From positions 750,001 through 782,000 of the forward strand of contig NC_009776.1 in assembly GCF_000017945.1 (NCBI RefSeq): 32,000 nucleotides of DNA. Reading direction: 5' to 3'. This DNA comes from Ignicoccus hospitalis KIN4/I. GTDB taxonomy: Archaea; Thermoproteota; Thermoprotei_A; Sulfolobales; Ignicoccaceae. The position numbers and the translations under genes are program-made. Below the pieces are notes generated by a model, which saw nothing but the letters and a program-made list of their open reading frames with translations, was not told the DNA's origin and made no database searches. This document shows, piece after piece, positions 17,563-26,371 of this stretch. Positions within the stretch are counted from its first letter, which is position 1. Every line of letters begins with the position of its first letter.

Positions 17563-18653
17563 TCTACCACCCGGTATAGGTTGTCCCTCTCCTTGGCTAT
17601 ACACCCGGCCCCCTCTATCCACCTCCTCACGTCGTCCTCGTCCGGGAACTTAACCTTGAGGCCCGTTGCGGGTATCACGCTCTCCTCGTACAAGGTCCCT
17701 CCCCAGTCGTCTGCCCCCCACTTAAGGGCTAACTGGGCCACGTCCTTGCCTACGGTCAGCCAGCCCGCTTGGACGTGAGGTATGAGGTCCCCGAAGGTCA
17801 AGCGCGCGACCGCTATTACCCTTAACAGCTCCGCTCCCCCGTAGGGGTACTTTATTTTACGTTCCCTCGCCAGCTCCGTGTTCCCGGGTTCGAAGTTCCA
17901 AGCTATGAAGGCCAAGCTCCCCGGGGCCCTCTCTTGGAGCTCCCTCAGCTTGATCAAGTGAAGCGCCCTCTCGCTCACCGTCTCTACGTGGCCAAACATC
18001 ATGGTTACGGACGTGGGTATGCCCAGATTGTGGGCAGTTTCTACTATTTCCAGCCACCTTTCCACGGAAATCTTCTTAGGGCTGAGTATTTTCCTCACCC
18101 TCTCGACCAAAAGCTCAGCTCCCCCTCCGGGCATGCTTTCCATGCCCGCTTCCTTCAATCTGGAGAGGACTTCTTTCACACTGATCTTATGCTTCTTACT
18201 GAGGAAGTCCACCTCCACGGGGCTCAAGGCGTGTATGGCTACTTGAGGGGTGCGCTTGCGTATTTCCCTAAACATGGTCTCGAAATACTCTATATCTACC
18301 TTCGGGTTGACCCCGCCTTGGATTAGGACTTGCCTTATGCCCTTCTCCCTCGCCAGCCTCTCAACCGCGAAGGCGGCAGCTTCTGGGGAGAGCAAGTAGC
18401 CCTCTCCAACCCTCCTGTAGAACGCGCAGAACTTGCACTCAACCACGCACTCGTTGGTGTAGTTGAGTATCATGTTCTTTATGTACGTACACACGTTCCC
18501 GTACATCCGCTTCTTCAGCTCGTTCGCTGCCTCCCCTAAGGCCCACAAGTCCCAGCTGCTCAAGAGTTCTTCGACTTCCTTCACGCTGAGCTTTTCCCCC
18601 TCTAGGGCCTTCTCGATGATAGGTGCCAGGTCGCTCCTCTCCCACGTCCTCAC
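17559..18653 (-). CDS. mqnC: Radical SAM enzyme, MqnC-like (dehypoxanthine futalosine cyclase) of the futalosine menaquinone pathway
   Basis: NYTNECVVECKFCAFYR cluster motif, VLIQGGVNPKVDIEYFETMFREI, HALSPVEVDFLSKKHKISVKEVLSRLKEAGMESMPGGGAELL, ISPKKIS, TMMFGHVE; closer by eye to MqnC than CofG/CofH. Confidence 0.82.
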   Translation of the reverse strand: MRTWERSDLAPIIEKALEGEKLSVKEVEELLSSWDLWALGEAANELKKRMYGNVCTYIKNMILNYTNECVVECKFCAFYRRVGEGYLLSPEAAAFAVERLAREKGIRQVLIQGGVNPKVDIEYFETMFREIRKRTPQVAIHALSPVEVDFLSKKHKISVKEVLSRLKEAGMESMPGGGAELLVERVRKILSPKKISVERWLEIVETAHNLGIPTSVTMMFGHVETVSERALHLIKLRELQERAPGSLAFIAWNFEPGNTELARERKIKYPYGGAELLRVIAVARLTFGDLIPHVQAGWLTVGKDVAQLALKWGADDWGGTLYEESVIPATGLKVKFPDEDDVRRWIEGAGCIAKERDNLYRVVE

Positions 18654-18666
18654 TAAGTGTTTACCC

Positions 18667-20094
18667 TTAAGGCGCGCCCCGGGGGAGGTTAATCCTTTTC
18701 TTCAACTCCTCGCTCAGCCGTCCCACCAAGCCTTCCAGCCTCTTGGGCGCGGCCAAGTAGAACTTGACGTGTTCTACCTTACTCAAGTTCAACGCGACGG
18801 GAGAGTGGGTTGACAAGTCGACCAGCTTGCCCTCGGAACGCACGAAGACGTTTAGTCTCTTGGCCTTGAACGGCCTTATCGAAGCTCCGTACGCCAGCAG
18901 CTCCGGCTCCTCGCGGGCGAGGTCGGCCAGAGCGACGCCGTCCACCTCAGTCTTGTAGGCGGGGAACCTCAGTCCCTCAACGCTCCCATTGACCGTTACG
19001 TTTAAAACTTCTTTTCTGACCAAGATTTCGTGCTTCCTCTTTAGTACAACTTCCTTCAAGTTGGTGAGGTCTTCCTCATCGAAGAGCGCCCTGTAGAACG
19101 CGCAGTCGTCCACGCGCTCCAGCTCCTCTTCCTCCCATATCTTCGGGAACGCGCCCTCCTTGAGCCACCACGCCATGAGCCTCGACGCCACTGAGCTGTA
19201 CAGAAGAGTGGTCTTGTGGTAGTAAACGTTCTCGTACATGTAGAACCTCGATATGAGCATGCTTTCTACCGAGGGCACCCCCTTATCCAAAACAGCCACC
19301 TCGAAGGGAGTCCCCCTGTCAGAAGGGACTATAGCTAACACGGAGTACAGCCTCTCGTAGTCGAACAAACCGATCCTAGTACCAGCCATTATAGCGTCCC
19401 TCATCAAGTAGTCTCCCCTGTCCACGTCTATCTCTCCGTTACTCAAGAAGGCGTAAATGGTCCTTATCCCTTGGAACAGTTCCTCGTCCCACAAGCCCGG
19501 AGAGGGCTCCAGCAGCGACTTGACCGCCTTTACTGGGTCCTCGCTACAAGGCCCGGGGTTCCCGGACTCCTCGCAGAGCCTCTCGGCTAGGGTGACACCT
19601 CCGCACTCCCCTTCCAACATCTTCAACGCTATCCTTTTCGACACGCTCTCGTGCAACTTCTTCTGTTGCGCCTCCGGCGCCTCTAATCCCCATATCAGCT
19701 TGGCCTCGAAGACCGCGTCCTCGTAGTTGTGGGACAGCGGCCCGTGGCCCACGTCGTGGAGCAGCATGAAGTACTGGAACCACGGCTTGAGCGAGTCCAG
19801 CAGCTCGAGGAGCTGCCTCGTCTCGGAGCGCTCTTGGGGACCAAGCTTAGGAATTACGTACCTCTCCGTGGACGCCCTCAAGCTGTCAAGCGCCCTGCCG
19901 ACCAAGTAGGCTGCCCCCAAGCTGTGTTGGAACCTAGTCCCGTCGTGCGACGGGTATACCAAGTGGCCTAAGCCTATCTGTTTGATCCTCCTGAGCCTCT
20001 GGAAGACCGGGGTGTCCACTACGCGCCTAACTAAGAAGTCCGGTAGCTCGATCACTCCGTAAACGGCGTCGGAAAACAGCATCATCTCAACCAC
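18667..20094 (-). CDS. HD-superfamily phosphohydrolase (COG1078/dGTPase-like, SAMHD1-related)
   Basis: VVDTPVFQRLRRIKQIGLGHLVYPSHDGTRFQHSLGAAYLVGR and HDVGHGPLSHNYED, then RDAIMAGTRIGLFDYERL. Confidence 0.9.
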   Translation of the reverse strand: MVEMMLFSDAVYGVIELPDFLVRRVVDTPVFQRLRRIKQIGLGHLVYPSHDGTRFQHSLGAAYLVGRALDSLRASTERYVIPKLGPQERSETRQLLELLDSLKPWFQYFMLLHDVGHGPLSHNYEDAVFEAKLIWGLEAPEAQQKKLHESVSKRIALKMLEGECGGVTLAERLCEESGNPGPCSEDPVKAVKSLLEPSPGLWDEELFQGIRTIYAFLSNGEIDVDRGDYLMRDAIMAGTRIGLFDYERLYSVLAIVPSDRGTPFEVAVLDKGVPSVESMLISRFYMYENVYYHKTTLLYSSVASRLMAWWLKEGAFPKIWEEEELERVDDCAFYRALFDEEDLTNLKEVVLKRKHEILVRKEVLNVTVNGSVEGLRFPAYKTEVDGVALADLAREEPELLAYGASIRPFKAKRLNVFVRSEGKLVDLSTHSPVALNLSKVEHVKFYLAAPKRLEGLVGRLSEELKKRINLPRGAP

Positions 20095-21134
20095 TTAATG
20101 TGTTCCATTACCTTATCCAAAGGCGCTCTGTAAATCCCTATTCCGTAGTCGGCGACGCCACCAATCCAGTATATATACTCTTTGTGTTTGACCAGGCCGC
20201 AGCCGTAGATTACCATCGGCCTGTCGCCGTAGAGTTCTTCTATGTACTTGGGGTACAGTAAGTACTCCGAGATGCCCAACAGCTCGCCGTCGCCGTTCAC
20301 CACGGCCAGTCCGTTCCGGTAGGACAAGTCGTCCTTCATTATAGCGTGCCACCCTATCAAGTACTCGTCGGACCCTATCTTTACGGGCGTAGTGGACACG
20401 CCGACCTTCAGCTCGAAGCGTTCCGGGACCAAAGTAACCCTCATCGTAGAGGGGTCTACCACCCATTCTTCCGCGTCCACCGTAGCCCTCCATATCACTT
20501 CGTGCCCTTCGATCCACGGGCGCGTCAGGATGACCAGCCCTCTGCCCTCCGGCCTTATCATGGTGGTGTTCTTCCACGAGGGCGGGAAGACGTCGCCCAA
20601 CCTTAAAACGGACTTTTCGACGACTTCTCCGTTCTCGTCCAACACGGCCACGCCTTGTTTGGGCCACAAGTCACCGTCCTTCAAGCCAACGGCAGTATAA
20701 AAAACCAAGAACCCGTCGCCGTAAAGGTGGGCCCGGGGGTCTTCGGCCCCCCTCTTGACCTCGTGGACGGTCGTGGGGTAGATCACCAGCCTCGCGCTTA
20801 AGTTTAAGCAACACGCGTTCTCCAACTTTTCCAACTCGAAGGTACTCAAGCCTATAGAAGAGACGTAGCCGTAGTAATCAAATATAAAGCGGGTGAACAT
20901 GAAGACGCGCCCGTCCTTCACGACCGCAGAGGGGTTGAATGCGACCAACGGGTCGCGCGGGTAGTTCAACACTTTGAAGTTCTTGGCTGTTAGGTACCCC
21001 ACGCGCTCGAACGCGTCGTCTACAAGCGTTCCCTTCCTCAAGCCCACGAGTTTCTCTTTGGCCTCGAGGACTTCTTGCGTTAGGCGCTCGAGATCTTTCC
21101 TCAAGGGGGAGCGCCAGTTTGGGAGTGGGTACAA
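20082..21134 (-). CDS. Five-bladed beta-propeller glycosidase/phosphorylase, GH130-like
   Basis: FNPSAVVKDGRVFMFTR, GAEDPRAHLYGDGFLVFYTA, KNTTMIRPEG, MVIYGCGLVKHKEYIYWIGGVADYGIGI. Confidence 0.65.
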   Translation of the reverse strand: MYPLPNWRSPLRKDLERLTQEVLEAKEKLVGLRKGTLVDDAFERVGYLTAKNFKVLNYPRDPLVAFNPSAVVKDGRVFMFTRFIFDYYGYVSSIGLSTFELEKLENACCLNLSARLVIYPTTVHEVKRGAEDPRAHLYGDGFLVFYTAVGLKDGDLWPKQGVAVLDENGEVVEKSVLRLGDVFPPSWKNTTMIRPEGRGLVILTRPWIEGHEVIWRATVDAEEWVVDPSTMRVTLVPERFELKVGVSTTPVKIGSDEYLIGWHAIMKDDLSYRNGLAVVNGDGELLGISEYLLYPKYIEELYGDRPMVIYGCGLVKHKEYIYWIGGVADYGIGIYRAPLDKVMEHIKWLR

Positions 21135-21143
21135 AACTTATAA

Positions 21144-22334
21144 TCACTCGACTATTACCCCGAGCTCCCTCAGGGCCGAGATCATGTCATAGTACGCCTT
21201 TATTCTAGCTTTGTTCCTAGCCTCCTTCGGACCAGGGTTCTTCATGAAGAAGGCGTTGACGTCGTAGAATGTGCCCTTAACGCCCTTTTCTAGCAGAGCC
21301 GCAGCAAGCCTGACCAAGTCCACGGCGAGGCCCGCCAACGCGGGCGAGTCATTAATCCTCATGTTAACTATAAGTTCGTCCACCAAGCCGTTGAAGGTTA
21401 TCCACTCTATGTCCATAGCTACGAACTTCCTGTCCCCTATAGCCTCCACGTAGCCCGTCGGCTTTATGTAGTGGGGGGCGTCGTAGCCTAGGATATCTTC
21501 CACCACGCTGGACTTCGTCTTCTCCTTCATCAAGTTCCTCTCAGGTATAGTCAACGCTAAGAAGTCGGTGTTGCCACCTATGTTGAACTGGACGATGTAC
21601 CGGACCTTTCTGTTCCTCTCCGCTAGGTGCTCCAACAAGTCTGCGGTCAGCGGCGTAGCCCCGGTGGCCCCGTCGTCCCCCAGTACGAGGGAGTTAGCGT
21701 CTTCGTAAAGTTTGACGAAGGCCGGGTCATTGGCCAAGGGCGTGGGTATTAAGTTTATGAACGCCACTGGCTTGCCGGAGTCTTTGGCGGCCAAGTAAGC
21801 TGCAAACGCGTAGGCTTGGCCGGCGCTCACCTCGCCCCTCTCCAAGGCCTTTGCGAGCTTCCCCTCGTCCCCGAAGGGCTCCGCGGGCTCGGTGGAGATC
21901 AAGTTCAAAACCACGTTGACGTTGTCACTCTTAAACTCCTTCGCTATCTCTTCTACGGCTTCCTTTAAGGGGAGCTTCTGATCCCTCCCCCTTACGGGGA
22001 ACATCTTGTCCAGTCCGGCCCCGGAGGAGGCGAGGACCCCTTCCCTGACCTCGAAGTCGGGGACGTCCGGGGGCACCGGGACAACTCCTTCCAGCTGCCT
22101 CTTCACTACCTCAGAGAGGGGCTTTCCCACCTTGTTGGCGTCTACGTCGTACGCGGAGACCACCTCCTCCTCTACGTAGTCTTTTATTACCTTGAACTTG
22201 GCCAGGGGGACCCCGTAGGGCTCGATTTCGGCCCTTTTTAACCTCTGGAGGCCTGCCGCGTAGTGGCTCGCTACGAGTCCGGCACCCACCACAGCGACCC
22301 TTATCAAAATCTCTTCCCGAGAGGGCGAGGACAT
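21144..22334 (-). CDS. ino1: myo-inositol-1-phosphate synthase
   Basis: RVAVVGAGLVASHYAAGLQ, NVNVVLNLISTEP, IPTPLANDPAF, LVLGDDGATGATPLTADLLEHLAERNRKVRYIVQFNIGGNTDFLAL, KSSVVEDILGY. Confidence 0.93.
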   Translation of the reverse strand: MSSPSREEILIRVAVVGAGLVASHYAAGLQRLKRAEIEPYGVPLAKFKVIKDYVEEEVVSAYDVDANKVGKPLSEVVKRQLEGVVPVPPDVPDFEVREGVLASSGAGLDKMFPVRGRDQKLPLKEAVEEIAKEFKSDNVNVVLNLISTEPAEPFGDEGKLAKALERGEVSAGQAYAFAAYLAAKDSGKPVAFINLIPTPLANDPAFVKLYEDANSLVLGDDGATGATPLTADLLEHLAERNRKVRYIVQFNIGGNTDFLALTIPERNLMKEKTKSSVVEDILGYDAPHYIKPTGYVEAIGDRKFVAMDIEWITFNGLVDELIVNMRINDSPALAGLAVDLVRLAAALLEKGVKGTFYDVNAFFMKNPGPKEARNKARIKAYYDMISALRELGVIVE

Positions 22335-22396
22335 CAGCAGAATAAGGGTTGCGGAACTACTCTAAAGCCCTCTCCGGAGGCCCCTAGGGACGCGAG

Positions 22397-23545
22397 ATGA
22401 AGAAGCTGCTCGGAATGATAGAGCCGAAGACTAAGGCGCAAGAGGCGCTGGTGGAGGCCCTAATGGACGACAAAATCGACGTGGTAGGCGCCTTCGGCCC
22501 CTCCGGGACAGGGAAGAGCTTGATAACTATAGCATATGCAATAGATTCGTTGCTCAACGGGAAGTACAAGAAATTCATAATAGCTAGGCCCGTGATAGAC
22601 GTGGTCACCGGGAAGGAGATAACGGCGGCGGACATAGGTGTGGAGGACTACTACAGGATAGCTTCGGCCTACTTAATAGACATACTGAGCGAGTACGTGA
22701 GCAAGGAAGAGGTCAGGAGGCTTTACGAGGAGGACAGGCTGATGTTGGTGGACACCCACTACTTGAGGGGCAGAACCTTCGACGACGCCGTCATCCTGCT
22801 AGACGACGCGCAGAACGCCGAGCCGGAGGCGGCAGTCGAGGCCTTGATGAGAATAGGAAAGAACAGCAAGTTCATAGTCGTGGGCGACCCCGTATTCCAG
22901 ACTCACGCGGAAATAGGCAAGGACGGCGCGAGCTTGCTCAGAGAGATACTGTTGAACGAGGACACGGCCAGGGTGATAGACCTAGGGATAAAGGACATCG
23001 TGCGCCCCGGCGCGCGCAGGGGCATAAAGTTCATGATGGAGCTTAGGATGAGGAAGAGGAAACTGAACGAACTCGAGCAAAAGGTCGTCGAGGCCGCCAG
23101 GATCTACGCCCCCGACGCGGACGTGATCACCGTGGTCGAGTTCACTGAGGAAAAGAGGAAGTTCGGCTTGGAGGAGAACCAACACGTCCCAGACGCCTTG
23201 GTCGTGCTAAAGGAAGGCCACGCGCCCAGGTTCATCGGTAGAGGGGGCGAGAGGATCGCGCGGATAGAGGAGGACAGCGGGCTCCGGCTGAGGACCGTCG
23301 AGCTCACCTTGAACCTAAAGGACATTATAGCGGCCATACACCCCGTGCCTTGGATACACAAACATATAGTTGACGTGGACTTCGCGGGTCCGTCCCTCTT
23401 GGTCAAGGTCAACGAGGAGGAGTTCGGCGCGTTCGTCGGTCAGAGGGGCTCCTACGTTAGGTTCTTGAGTGAAGTCATGAAGAAGCTATTAAGGGTGGAG
23501 GTGTGGGCTAGGGAGGTAGAGAGCAAGAAGAGGAGGCGCAGATGA
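22397..23545 (+). CDS. PhoH-like P-loop ATPase with C-terminal KH-like RNA-binding motifs
   Basis: AFGPSGTGKSLITIAYAI (Walker A), FIIARPVIDV, AVILLDDAQNAEPE (Walker B), FIVVGDP; then RFIGRGGERIARIEEDSGLRLRTVEL and AFVGQRGSYVRFLSEVMKKLLRVEVW. Confidence 0.85.
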   Translation: MKKLLGMIEPKTKAQEALVEALMDDKIDVVGAFGPSGTGKSLITIAYAIDSLLNGKYKKFIIARPVIDVVTGKEITAADIGVEDYYRIASAYLIDILSEYVSKEEVRRLYEEDRLMLVDTHYLRGRTFDDAVILLDDAQNAEPEAAVEALMRIGKNSKFIVVGDPVFQTHAEIGKDGASLLREILLNEDTARVIDLGIKDIVRPGARRGIKFMMELRMRKRKLNELEQKVVEAARIYAPDADVITVVEFTEEKRKFGLEENQHVPDALVVLKEGHAPRFIGRGGERIARIEEDSGLRLRTVELTLNLKDIIAAIHPVPWIHKHIVDVDFAGPSLLVKVNEEEFGAFVGQRGSYVRFLSEVMKKLLRVEVWAREVESKKRRRR

Positions 23546-23638
23546 GGAGACCGCCAGTGTGTGACCCCGGATGAACGGAGCCGAGTTGGCCGAGAGCCGT
23601 TTTCTGCCCTCCCCTCCTCAGACCCGCGGAGCCCCGCC

Positions 23639-24811
23639 TTGAGGACTGCCGCAGTTCTCCTCGCCGCTGGGAAGGGCGAACGCATGTGGCCCCTCACGTC
23701 CACGCGCCCCAAGCCCTTGCTGCCCGTAGCCTTGGGCGAGAGCTTGTTGGAGCGATGGATTAAGGCGCTGAAGGAAATAACGGAAGACATCATCGTAGTC
23801 GTCAATAAAGAACACGTCAAATACTTTGAAAACTTAAGGTCCGAGTACGGAGTCGAGCTGGCAGTACAGATCGCCGCCCCTGGGACGGGGGCGGCGTTGG
23901 CCTCTGTGAAGCCCCCGGAGGCAGACTACGTGGTAGTGGCTTACGCCGACGTGTACTTGCAGAGGCCGCTCTTAGAGCTGAAGAGGCTCTTGGCCGAGGC
24001 CCCCTCGGTACTGGCCGTCCGAGTGGACGACGTGAGCCAGTACGGCGCGTTGGTCGTCGAGAACGGCGAGGTAAGGGAAGTGATTGAGAAGGAGATGAGC
24101 GGCCCCGGTCTCATAAATGGAGGCGTATACGTCTTCAGTAAGGAAATATTTGAGTTATTGAAGGAGTTAAAGCCTTCCAAGAGGGGCGAATACGAACTGA
24201 CGGACTTGGTCAAAGGGCTTAGGGCGGTGGAGGTCGCGAGCGGATGGAAGGACGTCGGCAGGCCTTGGGACATCTTCGACGTGATGAAAATGGAATTCGA
24301 GGTGAGGGAGGGCCTCGAGAACCCTTGGGGGCCCGGGAAAGTCTACGGCGAGCTGCCCGAAGTCAAGGGCGAGGTTTACGTGGAGGGGCCGGTCTACTTC
24401 GGCGAGGGCGTCGTTTTGGGCCCCTTCGCCCACGTGAGGCCCTACGTCGCCTTGCTAGACGGCGTGAAGGTGGGCCCGTTCGTACAAGTTAAGGAGTCTA
24501 TGATAATGGAGGGTTCGAGGTTGCCCCACTTGAACTACGTGGGGGACAGCGTGGTGGCCGAGGACGTCAACTTCGGCGCGGGCAGCGTCACGGCCAACTT
24601 GAGGTTCGACGAGAGGGAGGTAGAGGTAACCCTCAAGGGCCAGAGGGTCAGCACGGGGAGGAGGAAACTGGGCGCGATAGTGGGCGGGGGCGCCAGGATA
24701 GGGGTCAACGTGAGCTTGATGCCGGGGACTAGGGTGGGCGCCCGCTCTTGGATTTACCCCGGCTGCGTAGTGAGGGGCGACGTCCCGGACGGGGCTAGGT
24801 ACAAGTGCTGA
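23639..24811 (+). CDS. Bifunctional-type sugar-1-phosphate nucleotidylyltransferase with left-handed beta-helix domain (GlmU/ST0452-like)
   Basis: TAAVLLAAGKGERMWPLTSTRPKPLLPVA; acyltransferase-like repeats GPVYFGEGVVLGPFAHVRPYVALLDGVKVGPFVQVKES...GAIVGGGARIGVNVSLMPGTRVG; TTG start at 23639. Confidence 0.88.
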   Translation: MRTAAVLLAAGKGERMWPLTSTRPKPLLPVALGESLLERWIKALKEITEDIIVVVNKEHVKYFENLRSEYGVELAVQIAAPGTGAALASVKPPEADYVVVAYADVYLQRPLLELKRLLAEAPSVLAVRVDDVSQYGALVVENGEVREVIEKEMSGPGLINGGVYVFSKEIFELLKELKPSKRGEYELTDLVKGLRAVEVASGWKDVGRPWDIFDVMKMEFEVREGLENPWGPGKVYGELPEVKGEVYVEGPVYFGEGVVLGPFAHVRPYVALLDGVKVGPFVQVKESMIMEGSRLPHLNYVGDSVVAEDVNFGAGSVTANLRFDEREVEVTLKGQRVSTGRRKLGAIVGGGARIGVNVSLMPGTRVGARSWIYPGCVVRGDVPDGARYKC

Positions 24812-24826
24812 GGCGGTGTTTAGGAA

Positions 24827-26371
24827 ATGAAGAGGGTACTCGTAGTAACGAGTAAGAGGTTGGAGAGCGCCGTCAAGGCCATGCTCAAGCCCCCTGAGGG
24901 CTACTCCGTGGAGGTCTGGGGGCTTCCGGTGGACGTGGTGGCCCTCCTTAGGCCGAGGAGCTTGAAGGAGTTGTTGAGGTTAGAGGAGAGGAAGAGGGGT
25001 ACCCCCCTTAGCTCCTTCGACTACGTCTTGGTCTCCGGAGCCATTCCCGGCGACTTGAGCGAGGTCGGCGAGGGGCTGGGCGCGAAGATCTATAAAGGGA
25101 CCAAGACCTTGAGTGACTTCGAAGTTATGATTAAGAACTTAAACGCGGTGGAGAAGTACTTGTCCCCCTCGGAGCCCCTCGACGAGGTGTTGAGCGAGCT
25201 GAAGTTGAAGGAGCTGAGGGAGTTCATAGAGACCTACGTCCCGGAGGAGTACGTCGTCGTGGGGGGCTTGAAGGTCCCGTTGAGGCCCCCGCCCGCCTTG
25301 TTGGCGGCGGAGGTGTTGGACAACGAAGACGTGGAGTCCCAGCTCCTAAAGGCCTCCGAAGTGGCCGACATGGTGATAGTCGGCTCCACCTCCACCTCTC
25401 CGGACCCCGAGAAGGCCCGGAGGCTGGTCGAGCTCGCCAGGAGGTACTTCCACACGGTAGGCTTCGACAGCATGTTTGTAAAGGAGATGAAAGCTGTGGA
25501 CGCGGACCTCATACTGTCTTTGGAGAGGTCGAAGCTCGAGGAGCTCGAGCCCTCAGACGACAAGGCCTTCGTCGTAATCCCGGGGGACGTGAAGAGGAAC
25601 TACTGGCCAAATAACGCCGAGGAGAAGGTAGAGTCACTCTTGTCTAACCTGAAGGTCGCCCAAGAGCGCGGCTTCGAGAAGGTTATAGTGGACCCCGTGC
25701 TCTCTCCCTTCCCGCATACTTTGGAAAGCTTCGTGGCCTTGAGAGAAATCTCAAAGAAAGTTAAGGCTCCCATAATGTTAGGCTTGAGCAACTTCGTGGA
25801 GCTGGTGGACGCGGACAGCCCCGGACAGCTGGCCGCTCTGACCTCCTTGGCCCTAGAGGGAGGGGCCTCGTTGCTCATGGTAACTGAACACAGCGACAAG
25901 TGTAAGGGCGCGTGGTCGGAAGCGAAGGCGGCCGCTATAATGACCTCATACGCCTTGTACAAGTCAACCCTGCCCAAAGACTTAGGCTTGGATTTGTTAA
26001 TACTTAAGGAAAAAAGGATAAGGAGAGAGAAAGTAAGCGTGGAGAACAAGAGAGAGATAGAGGTGAGGGACGTAAAGTTCAAGTTGGAGAATACTGTAGT
26101 TAGGATTTGGGTAGAGGGCGACGAGGTGAGGGCCTCCGTGGAGCCCCACGGCGTGTGGCTCAGGGGCGACGCCTACTTGATAGGAAAAACCATAATAGCA
26201 GAGGGGCTGGTGAAGGAACCGTCACACGCCCTCTACTTAGGGTGGGAGCTCCAGAAGGCCCACTTGGCGGCCAAGCTCAACAAGAGCTACGTACAAGACG
26301 AGGAGCTGCGCTTCGAACCTCCAAGGGAGAAACTTAGGGGGCTCCGAGAAGGAGAGGGGGACGCGAGTTGA
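24827..26371 (+). CDS. Dihydropteroate synthase-related protein (archaeal TIGR00284-like)
   Basis: 514 aa; DADLILSLERS, IPGDVKRNYWPNNAEEKVESLLSNLKVAQERGFEKVIVDPVLSP, IMLGLSNFVELVDADSPGQLAALTSLALEGGASLLMVTEHSDKCKGAWSE. Confidence 0.78.
   Translation: MKRVLVVTSKRLESAVKAMLKPPEGYSVEVWGLPVDVVALLRPRSLKELLRLEERKRGTPLSSFDYVLVSGAIPGDLSEVGEGLGAKIYKGTKTLSDFEVMIKNLNAVEKYLSPSEPLDEVLSELKLKELREFIETYVPEEYVVVGGLKVPLRPPPALLAAEVLDNEDVESQLLKASEVADMVIVGSTSTSPDPEKARRLVELARRYFHTVGFDSMFVKEMKAVDADLILSLERSKLEELEPSDDKAFVVIPGDVKRNYWPNNAEEKVESLLSNLKVAQERGFEKVIVDPVLSPFPHTLESFVALREISKKVKAPIMLGLSNFVELVDADSPGQLAALTSLALEGGASLLMVTEHSDKCKGAWSEAKAAAIMTSYALYKSTLPKDLGLDLLILKEKRIRREKVSVENKREIEVRDVKFKLENTVVRIWVEGDEVRASVEPHGVWLRGDAYLIGKTIIAEGLVKEPSHALYLGWELQKAHLAAKLNKSYVQDEELRFEPPREKLRGLREGEGDAS

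Noticed and set aside
20113-20667. 184-aa minus-strand alternate-frame ORF in the GH130-like gene
   Set aside because: Arg/Gly-rich out-of-frame translation of the same strand; the 350-aa frame has clear propeller motifs.
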